From: Chloroflexota bacterium
Lineage (GTDB): Bacteria; Chloroflexota; Dehalococcoidia; Lucifugimonadales; UBA3495
NCBI GenBank assembly: GCA_027623675.1
Contig: JAQBVF010000009.1
Location: 1-64,000, forward strand
Reading direction: 5' to 3'
DNA: 64,000 nt
The position numbers were made by a program, and so were the translations under genes. How positions within the stretch are numbered: the stretch's first letter is position 1; the number at the start of each line of letters is the position of its first letter. Below, one piece after another: positions 20,067-30,606 of this stretch. The notes beneath the pieces are model-generated. The model was not told the DNA's origin, did no database searches, and worked only from the letters and a program-made list of their open reading frames with translations.

Positions 20067-20088
20067 CGGAATACAAGGTCATAGGTAG

Positions 20089-22410
20089 ATGAAACTAACC
20101 CGGCGAAACTTTCTTGCTTGGGCCGGCATAGGGGCGGTGGGAGCCGTCGCCTGTGAGGGATTCGGCATCCGTCAAGGCGAGCTGAATATCCAGAGTCCCG
20201 TGAGCCTTCCCGAGGACTTGGTCCGAGGCACCGATAACTGGTACGCCAGTCTGTGCCGGACCTGCCCTTCCTGTGAGGGCATCGTCATCCGGGTTATGGA
20301 AGGCCGGGCCAAGAAGATACAAGGCAACCCCTACTTCCCGACCAACCAGGGCAAGACCCACGCCCGCTGCGAAGCGGGTCTTCAGGCGCTGTACCATCCG
20401 GACCGCGTCCCCTCGCCCATGCGGCGCAGCGGCCCCCGCGGCTCCGGCCAGTTCGTGCCCGTCAAATGGCAGCCCAACGGCATGGATGCTCTGAAAGAGG
20501 CCCTTCGGACCCGAGGTTCGTCCTCGGTGTTGATCACCGAACCCCTTCGCGGACATATGGGCCTCCTGGCCAGCCGGTTCGCCTCGGCCATTAAAGGCGA
20601 GCATCTGGGCTTTGAAGCCATCGACAATAACACCCTTCGGGCGGCATTCAAGAACGTTTACCAGCAAGACTCCCTGCCCGATTTCGACTTTGAAAACAGC
20701 AAGTTCATCTTGTCCTTCGGCGCCGACTTCCTCTCTACTTGGGTCTCCCCCACCCGCTTCAACCGCGGGTACGGTGAGTTCAGGCAGGGCAAAGACCGGG
20801 ACCGGGGCATGCTCTATCAGATAGATTCCCGGTTCTCAGTAACGGCGGCGTCCGCCGACAAATGGCTGCCCGTGCGGCCCGGTTGGGAAGGCCACATGGC
20901 CCTCAGCTTGGCTCAGGTAATCGTCTCCGAGGGCCTCCAAGCCAGCGGAGTCGATGTAGACGCCCTGGTTGGAGGCGATGCCGGAATCGCAACGTTGAAC
21001 ACCTTCCGGCCCGAGGTTGTGGCCCCCCTGGCCGGACTAACCCCGGAGATGACCGGCGGCAACCCCGTCGAATTCTTGAAGGACCTAGCCCGCAAATTTG
21101 CCGGTTCCAGCCCCAGCGTCGCCATCGGCGGCGGCTCGGCCGGAGCACAGACCAACGGCCTATTCGCCTTGGAAGCCATCTACGCGCTCAACTACCTGGT
21201 TGGCAGCGTCGGAGTCAAGGGCGGGGTTAAGTTCAATCCAGGCAGCCCTTGGGACGATGTCCCCGCCAGCGGCAACGTTGGCAGCCTGGCCGACTGGACC
21301 CGCATCACGGAACAGATACGCAGCGGGCAAACCAAGATGTTGATGCTCCACGGGGCGGACCCGGTGCACGGCCTGCCCGAGTCTCTGCAACTACGGGATG
21401 CCATCGCCCAAGCAGACGACCTATTCGTGGTCAGCTTCTCGCCTTTCATCGACGACACCAGCGCGCTGGCTGACCTGATCCTTCCCGACCGGGTTTACCT
21501 GGAAGACTGGGGCGACGATATCTCCGAACCGGGTCCCGGATACCAGGTTGTTGGATTACAGCAGCCGGTGGTGAACCCACTGCCCGACCTTGACCCGCTG
21601 AGCTTCCCCGATGTCCTGCTGACCATGGCGCAGGAACTGGGGAGCGAGTCCCAGTTGCCCTGGGCGAATTACAAAAGCATGCTGCGTGAAGGCTCCGATG
21701 CCCTGTTCGCCATGAACCGGGGTTCCATCGACGCCGCCGACACCGAAGCCTTCTGGAATCATCTGCTGCGCCGCGGCGGCTGGTGGGACGAAACCGCCAC
21801 GGGAGCCACCGATGTTCAGGCCCCCACCGGGCTGCTTAGGACCATCGCCAACAAAGCGTCAGACCCGGAGTTCAACGGGATCGGCGTTGGCGCCGACTCC
21901 TTTTTCCTGGTGCCCTTCGCCCACAACACCTTGTTGGACGGATACAACGGCCACCTGCCGTGGTTACAGTCTGCGCCGGACCCATTGTCCACCGTCACCT
22001 GGCAGACCTGGGTGGAGTTGAACGACAATACCGCCAGCCGGTTGGGAGTGAAAGAAGGGGACATCGTCCGTATCGAGTCGTCCAAGGATTCCATCCGGGG
22101 AGTCGTATACACGACCCCGGCAGCCCCACCGGACGTGATTGGAGTGCCCTTCGGACAGGGCCGGCGGCACGGCTCCGACTATGCCACCGACCGACCCGGC
22201 TCCGAGAGTTCCAATGTCATGGACATCTTGGAAACTACCCAAGTCAAAGACACAGGTTCATTGGCCTGGGCCGGGACCAGGGTCAGAGTATCCAAGACCG
22301 GCGAGAGCGTCAGCATCTCCAAGTTGGAAGGCGACACTCGGGCCGTGGAGATTGGGCATACACCCGCCGAGGAAATCATCAAGACCATCGCGCCGGAAGA
22401 CCACAGCTAA
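20089..22410 (+). CDS. actB1: ACIII subunit B1, molybdopterin-oxidoreductase fold, Tat signal
   Basis: TRRNFL Tat motif with AVAC lipobox-like end; ALYHPDR, ADLILP..YLEDWGD, PDPLSTVTWQTWVE. Confidence 0.85.
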   Translation: MKLTRRNFLAWAGIGAVGAVACEGFGIRQGELNIQSPVSLPEDLVRGTDNWYASLCRTCPSCEGIVIRVMEGRAKKIQGNPYFPTNQGKTHARCEAGLQALYHPDRVPSPMRRSGPRGSGQFVPVKWQPNGMDALKEALRTRGSSSVLITEPLRGHMGLLASRFASAIKGEHLGFEAIDNNTLRAAFKNVYQQDSLPDFDFENSKFILSFGADFLSTWVSPTRFNRGYGEFRQGKDRDRGMLYQIDSRFSVTAASADKWLPVRPGWEGHMALSLAQVIVSEGLQASGVDVDALVGGDAGIATLNTFRPEVVAPLAGLTPEMTGGNPVEFLKDLARKFAGSSPSVAIGGGSAGAQTNGLFALEAIYALNYLVGSVGVKGGVKFNPGSPWDDVPASGNVGSLADWTRITEQIRSGQTKMLMLHGADPVHGLPESLQLRDAIAQADDLFVVSFSPFIDDTSALADLILPDRVYLEDWGDDISEPGPGYQVVGLQQPVVNPLPDLDPLSFPDVLLTMAQELGSESQLPWANYKSMLREGSDALFAMNRGSIDAADTEAFWNHLLRRGGWWDETATGATDVQAPTGLLRTIANKASDPEFNGIGVGADSFFLVPFAHNTLLDGYNGHLPWLQSAPDPLSTVTWQTWVELNDNTASRLGVKEGDIVRIESSKDSIRGVVYTTPAAPPDVIGVPFGQGRRHGSDYATDRPGSESSNVMDILETTQVKDTGSLAWAGTRVRVSKTGESVSISKLEGDTRAVEIGHTPAEEIIKTIAPEDHS

Positions 22411-22468
22411 GGCTGGCATGAGCGTCTAAAAACCAGCACGGCCAAGAAGCATATAAACAGGTTTAGAA

Positions 22469-23299
22469 ATGGTAACTCAACGGATAGACCATAAGTGGGG
22501 AATGGTAGTGGACCTGGACCGGTGTACCGGTTGTCAGGCCTGTGTTGTCGCCTGTCAGGCAGAGAACAACATTCCCATCAACACCAAGGAATATTTCCAG
22601 CAGCGGCGGGCCTACGAGTGGATCCGTATCGAGCGCTACTGGGAAGGCGAGTTCCCCAACGTTAAGGCCAAGTTCATACCGATCCTATGCCAACACTGCG
22701 AGAACGCGCCCTGCGAGCCGGTCTGCCCGGTGTTCGCCACCTACCACAACGACGAGGGCCTGAACGTACAGGTCTACAACCGTTGTGTCGGGACCAGGTA
22801 TTGCTCCGTGAACTGCCCCTACACCGTTCGGTTCTTCAACTATTGGGAACCGCAGTGGCCGGACCGCTTGCGCAACCAGTTGAACCCCGACGTAACGGTG
22901 CGGTCGCGCGGAATCATGGAGAAGTGCTCCTTCTGCGTGCAGCGTCTCCGCCGGGGTGAGGTTAACGTTGAGCGCCGTGGCCTGGATACGCTGACCGGCC
23001 AGAGCATCCCCGTTGCCGAACGCAAGCTGAATCACCGCCAGATGAAAGAGGGCAATTATCTGCCTTCCTGCGTCCAAGCCTGCCCGACCAGCGCGCTACA
23101 GTTCGCCGACCAGCACGACGAGACCGGGCCGGTGAAGAGCTACTTCGACGAGGCCAATGGGCATATAGAGACCCGCGAAGCCGGCGGGCACGTGAATGAG
23201 GAAGAAACCCGGGTTTACCGGTTGTTTGAAGAGGTTGGCACCAAGCCCAACCTGATATACCTGAAGAAAGTTGAACCATTCCCAGTGGAAAAGGCCTAG
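22469..23299 (+). CDS. actB2: ACIII subunit B2, 4Fe-4S ferredoxin
   Basis: DLDRCTGCQACVVACQAENN, CQHCENAPCEPVCPV, NPDVTVRSRGIMEKCSFC. Confidence 0.9.
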   Translation: MVTQRIDHKWGMVVDLDRCTGCQACVVACQAENNIPINTKEYFQQRRAYEWIRIERYWEGEFPNVKAKFIPILCQHCENAPCEPVCPVFATYHNDEGLNVQVYNRCVGTRYCSVNCPYTVRFFNYWEPQWPDRLRNQLNPDVTVRSRGIMEKCSFCVQRLRRGEVNVERRGLDTLTGQSIPVAERKLNHRQMKEGNYLPSCVQACPTSALQFADQHDETGPVKSYFDEANGHIETREAGGHVNEEETRVYRLFEEVGTKPNLIYLKKVEPFPVEKA

Positions 23300-23303
23300 A
23301 TAG

Positions 23304-24734
23304 ATGGCGGCTACCGAACCAAAAGGACACGGTCATCACGCCGGCATGTGGGTATTCCCCGATGCCTCCGCGATGAGTCAAGATGTCTCGGCGAAGACTT
23401 TGTCGATGCCGAAGCCCTTCACTCTCGCACTGATGGTGACGGGCGCATTGTTCATACTCGGAATCGTTGGTTTCATCGGCCGCGCGGCCACCGACGGCTT
23501 CGACGAGATGGCCCCTTGGGGCTATTACATGGCCATCTTCTCCTGGATATTCATGATCTCCAGTGCCGCGCCGCTGGCGGCCGTAGCCTTCCGGTTCACC
23601 AAAAGCCATTGGCGAAGGCCCTTGTCCAGGGTCGCCGAACTGTTCGCCGTTGTCGGCATACTGAACCTGTTGATGTTCATTCCCATGATGTTCCTGCTTC
23701 CCGGCCTGGGAAACCCCGGCGGGGTGGTGGAAGGTCAACTGGAACTGCGCCGGACCATCTGGTTCGAAGGCCCCATCGGCGCTCCTCACGCTTGGGACGT
23801 GCTGGCCGTGGCATCTCTGGCGGTGACGTCGATGGTCATTCTCCTGTTGTCCGCCATGCCCGACATGGCAGAGTCGCGCGGCACCGCCACCGGGTTCCGG
23901 GGCTGGGTCTACAACCGCATCGCCGGTGGTTGGTACGGCACGAAACGCCAGTGGAACGCGCAGAAAGCCGGGTTGGCCCTGCTGGGCGCCTTCTACTTCA
24001 TGATGATTATCTTCGTCCATTTCGTTATCAGCTCGGAGTACGCTCAGAGCTTGATTCCCGGATGGAAGGACTCCATCTTCCCGGTGATCTACAGCGTAAC
24101 CAGCATCCAGATGGGTCTGGGAACGTGTCTGATTGTCCTCTTCATCATGCGCCGCTGGGGCGGATACGAGGGCTACGTCGGCAAGTCGACATTCTGGTCG
24201 GCCAGCAAGGTCATGCTTGGCGTTACGCTCCTGTGGGCCTATCATCTGTTCGCATTCTTCATCACCTTCTGGTACGGCCGGTTGGAGGTGGAGCAGAACA
24301 TAATCAAATACCTGATCGTAGAGTCTTACGGCATCATATTCTTGCTGAACCTTGTATTTAGCTTCATCGCGCCTTTCGTCTTGCTGATCTGGAATCCGGT
24401 CCGCCGGAGCGCCTGGGGGCCAGCCCTAGCCGGACTGTTCGCCATATTCGGCGGCCTAATGTTCAGCATCAGAATATTCGTCGGATCAGCCAACGCCGCC
24501 AAGGGCGATGAGATTTATGCCTTCTTCTTGGAGCACGTCCCCGCGCCGGCTTACCCAGACGTTTGGGATGTATTCATGGTGATTGGCGGGATCGGCGCGG
24601 CTGCCTTCGTCTATCTGGCATCGACCAAACTGTTCCCGTTACTCTCCCTATGGGAGGTCAAGGAAGGCACTCTGTACCAGAAATGGCGCAAATTCATCCG
24701 AGGCGAATACCTGGTACTGGGGAAGCCTGAATAA
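23304..24734 (+). CDS. actF: NrfD-like membrane subunit, ActF
   Basis: About 10 TM segments, WRRPLSRVAE, SLIPGWKDSIFP; degenerate paralog of the next gene. Confidence 0.75.
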   Translation: MAATEPKGHGHHAGMWVFPDASAMSQDVSAKTLSMPKPFTLALMVTGALFILGIVGFIGRAATDGFDEMAPWGYYMAIFSWIFMISSAAPLAAVAFRFTKSHWRRPLSRVAELFAVVGILNLLMFIPMMFLLPGLGNPGGVVEGQLELRRTIWFEGPIGAPHAWDVLAVASLAVTSMVILLLSAMPDMAESRGTATGFRGWVYNRIAGGWYGTKRQWNAQKAGLALLGAFYFMMIIFVHFVISSEYAQSLIPGWKDSIFPVIYSVTSIQMGLGTCLIVLFIMRRWGGYEGYVGKSTFWSASKVMLGVTLLWAYHLFAFFITFWYGRLEVEQNIIKYLIVESYGIIFLLNLVFSFIAPFVLLIWNPVRRSAWGPALAGLFAIFGGLMFSIRIFVGSANAAKGDEIYAFFLEHVPAPAYPDVWDVFMVIGGIGAAAFVYLASTKLFPLLSLWEVKEGTLYQKWRKFIRGEYLVLGKPE

Positions 24735-24809
24735 GCAACACAGCAGATCTCGAACGAGGGGCGCGGAACAAACGCCCTTTAAACCTGGGGGACCATTCAA
24801 CGGAGCATC

Positions 24810-26201
24810 ATGCAGGAAGGCACACCACTACAATCTAGGCAGATAAACCGGGAGCTTCTCGTCTCCATCTTGAACTCGCCAAAATGGTTCTGGATGGCCG
24901 TCGGAATCCTAGGTTTGATCGTACTGTTCGCCATGGGCACCGCCGGCTTGATGATCAACAAGGGCATGGGTGTGACCGGCCTGAATCGCCCGGTGATGTG
25001 GGGCTTCTTCATCACCAACTTCGTCTTCTGGATCGGCATCAGCCACGCCGGGGTGATGCTCTCCGCGATACTACGCCTATCCAAAGCCGAGTGGCGCCGT
25101 CCCGCCACCCGCGCGGCAGAGATCCTGACCGTCTTCTCGCTGATGACGGCCATGATGATGCCCCTGATTCATACAGGCCGGCCCTGGCGTTTGGTCTATT
25201 GGATCTACACGGTGCCCTTCGTGCCCTATGACTACGCACGTGGCATCTGGCCCAACGTTCGGTCGCCATTGGTCTGGGACCCCAGCGCGGTCTACACCTA
25301 CCTAACCTCGAGCATACTGTTCGTTATCATCGCGCTGATACCCGACTTCGCCGTCCTGCGGGACCGCACCACCGGCATCAGCAACAAGATTTACGGCATG
25401 CTGGCCATGGGTTGGCAGGGCAACCCCAGACAGTGGAAGCTGCAGATCATCGCCGGAGTCCTGCTCTCGGCCCTGATTCTTCCGGTGTTCGTCTCGGTGC
25501 ACAGCATAGTGTCCTGGGACTTCGGTATGGCCGTGTCTGTCAAGTCGTGGCACTCCACGATCTTCGCACCTTACTTCGTAGTCGGCGCGGTCCATTCCGG
25601 CGTGTCCGCCGTGGCCTTCGTGCTGATCATCCTTCGCTACATCTACGGCTGGCAGAACTACATCCGGCACGAACACATCGACGCTTTGGCCCGCCTGCTC
25701 ATCGTGGTGGCCACCGGATGGTTCTACTTCCTGGTCATGGAGATTGTCTTTGGCTTCTACGGCCGGGAGGCGGACGAGATCGCGGTTAGAAACCTGCAAT
25801 TCATGATTACGCCGTGGAACATATGGATGATGATCTTCGTCGGAGTCACCTACTTCTTGCCGGTGGCCATCTGGCTGAGCCGTTCCGCCCGTAGGAACCT
25901 CTGGATCATGTCCCTCGCCTGCATCTCGGTCAACGTGGGCATGTGGCTGGAGCGCTTCTTGATCATCGTGCCCGGCCTGGCCCGTAAACAGCTGTTGACG
26001 TTCGACTGGTACACCTACACTCCCAGTGCGGTGGAATGGATAATCGTTGGCGCTACATTCGCCATGGTTTCCATGCTGATGCTGGTCATCGCCCGTGTGG
26101 TGCCTCTGATCCCGCTCTATGACATCAAAGAGGGCGAGATATTGAGGACCGAGATAAAGATCGGCCGGGTTAGCGTCCCCGCTACTTTCCGGGAAGACTA
26201 G
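24810..26201 (+). CDS. actC: NrfD-like quinol-binding subunit, ActC
   Basis: WGFFITNFVFWIGISHAG, HTGRPW, NVRSPLVWD, SVHSIVSWDF, WHSTIFAPYFVVGA. Confidence 0.92.
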   Translation: MQEGTPLQSRQINRELLVSILNSPKWFWMAVGILGLIVLFAMGTAGLMINKGMGVTGLNRPVMWGFFITNFVFWIGISHAGVMLSAILRLSKAEWRRPATRAAEILTVFSLMTAMMMPLIHTGRPWRLVYWIYTVPFVPYDYARGIWPNVRSPLVWDPSAVYTYLTSSILFVIIALIPDFAVLRDRTTGISNKIYGMLAMGWQGNPRQWKLQIIAGVLLSALILPVFVSVHSIVSWDFGMAVSVKSWHSTIFAPYFVVGAVHSGVSAVAFVLIILRYIYGWQNYIRHEHIDALARLLIVVATGWFYFLVMEIVFGFYGREADEIAVRNLQFMITPWNIWMMIFVGVTYFLPVAIWLSRSARRNLWIMSLACISVNVGMWLERFLIIVPGLARKQLLTFDWYTYTPSAVEWIIVGATFAMVSMLMLVIARVVPLIPLYDIKEGEILRTEIKIGRVSVPATFRED

Positions 26202-26281
26202 CCAGTAAGATTAGCCGGAAACACTCGCCCAAATACTAAGTAAACAACTATTCAAGAGTAGGGAACTCGAGGAAACAAAAG

Positions 26282-26806
26282 ATGGCGAAAGCACCGATAT
26301 TAGGGCTGTTTGAGACCGCCGACAACGCCGCCGACGCCGGCGACGCGCTGAAAGCCGCTGGCGTGCCCCAGACCGATTACGACTTTCTTACCGACACACC
26401 GTATCCAGAGGGTGCGTTCGGAGAGCGGCACGAAGGCCACCGGCTCTACATATTCCCCTTCGTTGGCGCCCTGATCGGACTAACCGTGGGAGTCATGCTC
26501 ACGTCGATGACCTCCATGGCCTATCCTCTAGTGCAGGGCGGCAAGCCGATCATGTCCCTGCCTCCCATGGCGGTGGTGACCTACGAAAGCACCATGCTGA
26601 CGGCCATCATCTTCACCATCATCGGAATCATCTTTGAATCGCGGCTCCCCGCGTTCAAGCAGGGACTGTACGACACCCGCATCACCGAGGGGTACATCGG
26701 AGTCTTAGCCAATGTGGAAGAAGACCAACTGACTTCAACGCAAACACTGCTGACCCAAGCCGGAGCCATCGACGTAGTACGGAACAGCGGAGGGCCAGGG
26801 GCCTAA
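26282..26806 (+). CDS. actD: ACIII subunit D (DUF3341-like)
   Basis: TPYP, YPLVQGGKP..SLP...VTYESTML. Confidence 0.88.
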   Translation: MAKAPILGLFETADNAADAGDALKAAGVPQTDYDFLTDTPYPEGAFGERHEGHRLYIFPFVGALIGLTVGVMLTSMTSMAYPLVQGGKPIMSLPPMAVVTYESTMLTAIIFTIIGIIFESRLPAFKQGLYDTRITEGYIGVLANVEEDQLTSTQTLLTQAGAIDVVRNSGGPGA

Positions 26807-27333
26807 TGATTAACCGGGTCAACACGGATTCACCGATTCTGCCCGCTCACAAAGGCCGCGGCATCAAGCGCTGGCTCGTCGGGATTGCCATGCTCTTCGG
26901 CATCGTGGTGGTTGGCTGCTCCCAAGGTAGCTACCCTGTGGACATCTTCTACGAGCAGCATTACCAGCAGTCCTACAAATCGCATGAACCGCCTCGCCTG
27001 ATTGGTGTGGCTGGGGCTGTGGCCTTTTACCCGGCCGCCGCCTCAGTGGTGACCAACTCGGGAGCGGATCTGTACCTCGTCAACTGCCAGGTGTGCCACG
27101 GCGCCGACGCCAAGGGAACCGGGCCCGTGTTGAACAAGATGCAGGACGTTTACGGTTACACGCCCATCGTAGACCCAAACATCACAACCCGTCCGATATC
27201 GTTCATCGCGGCCAGACTCGCATCCAACACTCGCCCGCTGGGCCCCACATCAGTCATGCCGCCATTCGGCAAGTTGCTTAGCGCCGACGAGCGCATGGCC
27301 ATCGCCGAGTACGTCGGCTCCCTGCCAAAATAA
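26806..27333 (+). CDS. actE: Monoheme cytochrome c lipoprotein, ActE
   Basis: VVGC lipobox, CQVCHG, VMPPF. Confidence 0.85.
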   Translation: MINRVNTDSPILPAHKGRGIKRWLVGIAMLFGIVVVGCSQGSYPVDIFYEQHYQQSYKSHEPPRLIGVAGAVAFYPAAASVVTNSGADLYLVNCQVCHGADAKGTGPVLNKMQDVYGYTPIVDPNITTRPISFIAARLASNTRPLGPTSVMPPFGKLLSADERMAIAEYVGSLPK

Positions 27334-27452
27334 CCGGAGCTGATTAGCCGTACCTTTATAATCACTTAAGTAACCATATCGAGAAAGGGATAACCTGGCC
27401 GCACCAGCAAGCCGGAGCACATGGGGGTTGTGCTTCAGGAAGCGGTTGATAT

Positions 27453-28085
27453 ATGAACACTTCGTACTCAAACCCCTATGCCACCCGGCTCTGCCTCAAA
27501 GCCTTCCTGTCTTTGGCCGTCTTGGCCGCGTTGGTCACTCTGTTCCCCAGTCTGAGCGGCCAGGCCAACGCCCAAACCCCTCCACCCGTTTTCAGCGACG
27601 CCGTCGAGAACAGCGCCCAGAGCATCGACCGCATGATCATGTGCCCGGTCTGTCCGTCCAAGACCATCGATCAGGCCCAAGAGGTCGAGATATCCCGTCA
27701 GATGCGGGTGATAGTTCGGGAGATGCTGGCCGACGGCAGCGAACGCCAAGAGATACTAGACTTCTTCGTGCAGCGCTACGGCCAGGACATCTTGGCCGCC
27801 CCGCCCAAGTCGGGCGCCAACCTGGTCGCCTGGCTGTTGCCGGTTGGTGGCGTGGCCGCCGCATTGGTGGCCGTATTCTTCGTGATTCGCGCCATGACCA
27901 ACCGTTCCACGGCGCCCGCGGTTTCCATACCCGCTCCAGACGACAGTCTGTCCCCCTATCTGCAATTGGTTGACCGCCATCTGTTGTTAAACCAAGGCGG
28001 CACATCCAACCGGACCGGTACCGGCGTACAATCCCCTGGTACCGAACCGCCTAAGGCAGACCCCGAAGCTAACAAGGGAGATTAA
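27453..28085 (+). CDS. ccmH: Cytochrome c maturation protein CcmH
   Basis: IMCPVC...ISRQMR...FFVQRYG..ILAAPP. Confidence 0.9.
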   Translation: MNTSYSNPYATRLCLKAFLSLAVLAALVTLFPSLSGQANAQTPPPVFSDAVENSAQSIDRMIMCPVCPSKTIDQAQEVEISRQMRVIVREMLADGSERQEILDFFVQRYGQDILAAPPKSGANLVAWLLPVGGVAAALVAVFFVIRAMTNRSTAPAVSIPAPDDSLSPYLQLVDRHLLLNQGGTSNRTGTGVQSPGTEPPKADPEANKGD

Positions 28086-30077
28086 ATGGCCGACCTGGGA
28101 GCAATAAGCCTCTGGATCGCCCTGGCCCTGGCAGCCTACTCCACCATCGGCTCGGTGGCGGGCAAGATACGCACGTCGCCCGCGTTGGTGGAGAGCGCCC
28201 AGTCGGCCATGTATGGCGCCGCGCTGGCCCTGCTTGTAGCCACATTCAGCCTGGTGATCGGCTTCATCAGCCGCGATTTTGAGATCGCCTACGTGGCCGC
28301 CCACAGCGACCTGGCCATGCCCTCCCAGTTTACCTGGGTTGCGTTTTACGCCGGAAACGAGGGCTCACTGCTGTTCATCGCCGTCACCCTCGCCATCATG
28401 GCGTCTTTGGCCGTCTGGCGGGCGCCGGAGAAGCTCAGAGACGCCCTGCCGTACACCACCGCCGTGTTGATGCTCACTCTGACATTCTTCCTGGCCGTGA
28501 CATCAGTCATGGCCAATCCCTTCGACAAATTGCCGTTCACTCCCGCCGACGGTGAAGGGATAAACCCGCTGCTGACACACTTCGGCATGTTCTTCCATCC
28601 CCCGGCGTTGATGGCCGGTCTGATCAGCATCACCATCCCCTTGGCCTTCGCCACTGGGTCATTGTTGGCCGGCAAGAGCGGCGACGAATGGGTCGATGTC
28701 GGGCGGGTCTGGGGAATCATCTCCTGGGTGTTATTGGCCAGCGGACTGCTTTTGGGTTCGTGGTGGGCCTACACGATCCTGGGTTGGGGCGGCTTCTGGT
28801 TCTGGGACCCGGTAGAGAATGCCGCGTTCATGCCCTGGCTGGCCCTGACCGCGTTCATCCACTCAATCATGGTCCAGAAACGGCGGGGCATGTTCCGGAT
28901 GTGGAACATCGTCCTGATCAACGTGGCCTTCGGTCTTGCCCTGTACGGCATGTTCATGAACCGGGGCGGCTCGGTCCCGTCGGTCCATTCCTTCGGGGCC
29001 TCGGCCTTGGGTTGGATATTCCTGATGTTCCTGGCGATCGGGGTGATTGTCCCCTTCGCGATATTCATCTGGCGCTACCCGCTGCTGAAGAGCGCGCGGA
29101 ACCTGGACTCAATGCTCTCCAGGGAGGCGGCGTTCCTGGTCAACAATCTCCTGTTCTTGGCCATCGCCTTCGTCACCCTTTGGGGCACGGTCTACCCATT
29201 GATCTCGCGCCTGTTCAATAACGAGGAGATCACGGTGTCCCGTCCCTTCTACGACCAGGTAAATGGCCCGCTGATGCTGGCCCTGGTATTCCTGATGGGC
29301 GTCGGACCGCTTATTCCATGGCGCAAAGCCAACTTGGACAGCCTCAGAAGGTCTCTGTTGCCACCGGCCATCGGTGGTCTGGCAACCGTGGCCGTCCTGG
29401 CGGCTCTGGGACTGCATAAGAACTACGCCTTGATCGCCTTCGGGCTGGCGGCCTTCGTGACTTCCGGCATCCTCATGGAATGGTACCGGGGCGCCCGCTC
29501 GCGCCACCGAAGCTCGGGGGAGAATTACGCGGCCGCCTTCCTCCACCTGATCTGGGCCAACCGGCCTCGCTACGGCGGCTATATCGTGCACTTATCGGTG
29601 GTCATGGTCACGCTGGGCATAGTCGGCGCATCATTCTTCAGCATCCAAAAAGACGTTGTGCTCAACCCCGGAGAGTCCGTGTCAATCTCGGACTACGAAT
29701 TGGTCTACCTGGGCAGCGTCGAGACGCCCAAGGGCAACCGCACCGAGTTCGCATCCACCGTGCAGATCTTCCGGGGCGGCGACCTCCTGGAGACCATCCA
29801 GACCAAGCGCGCCTTCTATCCCAGCTTCAACATGGCTTCCACCAACGCCGCCATCCGGTCAACGCCGGTGGAGGACCTGTACATCGTCCCCAGCGAGAAC
29901 ATGCCCGACGGCAGCGTGGGATTCCGGATCCTGGTCAACCCGCTGATCTGGTGGATGTGGGTGGCGGGCCCGGTGATGGTGATAGGCACAGTGATTGCCC
30001 TGTGGCCGCAGACCGTCCCTGTCCCAGCCAGGGCGCCGAGTCCGGGCAGGGTTGCAACCAGGCCCACGGCCGCCTGA
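28086..30077 (+). CDS. ccmF: Heme lyase CcmF
   Basis: EGSLL, GINPLL, HPP, WAYTILGWGGFWFWDPVENAAFMPW. Confidence 0.95.
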   Translation: MADLGAISLWIALALAAYSTIGSVAGKIRTSPALVESAQSAMYGAALALLVATFSLVIGFISRDFEIAYVAAHSDLAMPSQFTWVAFYAGNEGSLLFIAVTLAIMASLAVWRAPEKLRDALPYTTAVLMLTLTFFLAVTSVMANPFDKLPFTPADGEGINPLLTHFGMFFHPPALMAGLISITIPLAFATGSLLAGKSGDEWVDVGRVWGIISWVLLASGLLLGSWWAYTILGWGGFWFWDPVENAAFMPWLALTAFIHSIMVQKRRGMFRMWNIVLINVAFGLALYGMFMNRGGSVPSVHSFGASALGWIFLMFLAIGVIVPFAIFIWRYPLLKSARNLDSMLSREAAFLVNNLLFLAIAFVTLWGTVYPLISRLFNNEEITVSRPFYDQVNGPLMLALVFLMGVGPLIPWRKANLDSLRRSLLPPAIGGLATVAVLAALGLHKNYALIAFGLAAFVTSGILMEWYRGARSRHRSSGENYAAAFLHLIWANRPRYGGYIVHLSVVMVTLGIVGASFFSIQKDVVLNPGESVSISDYELVYLGSVETPKGNRTEFASTVQIFRGGDLLETIQTKRAFYPSFNMASTNAAIRSTPVEDLYIVPSENMPDGSVGFRILVNPLIWWMWVAGPVMVIGTVIALWPQTVPVPARAPSPGRVATRPTAA

Positions 30078-30117
30078 CCGGCCTTCCTTCTCTGATACGC
30101 TAATAAACTGGAACCCA

Positions 30118-30606
30118 ATGGAAGCGGAAACCGTAATATCCCTCGTCCTCGGAACGGCATTGGCTATCTTCAGCGTCGTCCTGGTCGGCTATTCATTCCT
30201 CCGGGGGCAGGCTGCTGTCACGCAGCCACTATCCAATGACTCGTCGGACGATTCGACGGGCCACGCCCGATATATACCAACGGGGAACGATGACCCGGCC
30301 CTGGCCGACATCTTCGACGCCATCCGCACCCTTGAGTTGGAGAACAGCTTGGGCCGCATGCACGAGAAGGATTTCCAAGAACAGTTCCAAGCGTACCGAA
30401 TCCAGGCCGCCACGGTACTAAGAAACCAGCTTGAGGCCGGCCTTGGCGACCCCACGTGGGTGCTGGAGCAGGAGATTCTTCTGGCCCGGGACGCTCAGGA
30501 AAACCCCAACCGAATCACCACCCCGTGCCCCAACTGCAGTGCGGCCGTTTCGCGGTCCAGCGACGACTGCCCGCACTGCGGCGCCGACATGGAACGCCGG
30601 CCATGA
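30118..30606 (+). CDS. Membrane-anchored CcmI-N-like protein with C-terminal zinc ribbon
   Basis: N-terminal TM, IRTLELENSLGRM, CPNC...CPHCG. Confidence 0.7.
   Translation: MEAETVISLVLGTALAIFSVVLVGYSFLRGQAAVTQPLSNDSSDDSTGHARYIPTGNDDPALADIFDAIRTLELENSLGRMHEKDFQEQFQAYRIQAATVLRNQLEAGLGDPTWVLEQEILLARDAQENPNRITTPCPNCSAAVSRSSDDCPHCGADMERRP

Noticed and set aside
20089..22410. Catalytic DMSO/nitrate-type molybdoenzyme
   Set aside because: Embedded among actA/C/D/E/F homologs; best read as ActB1.
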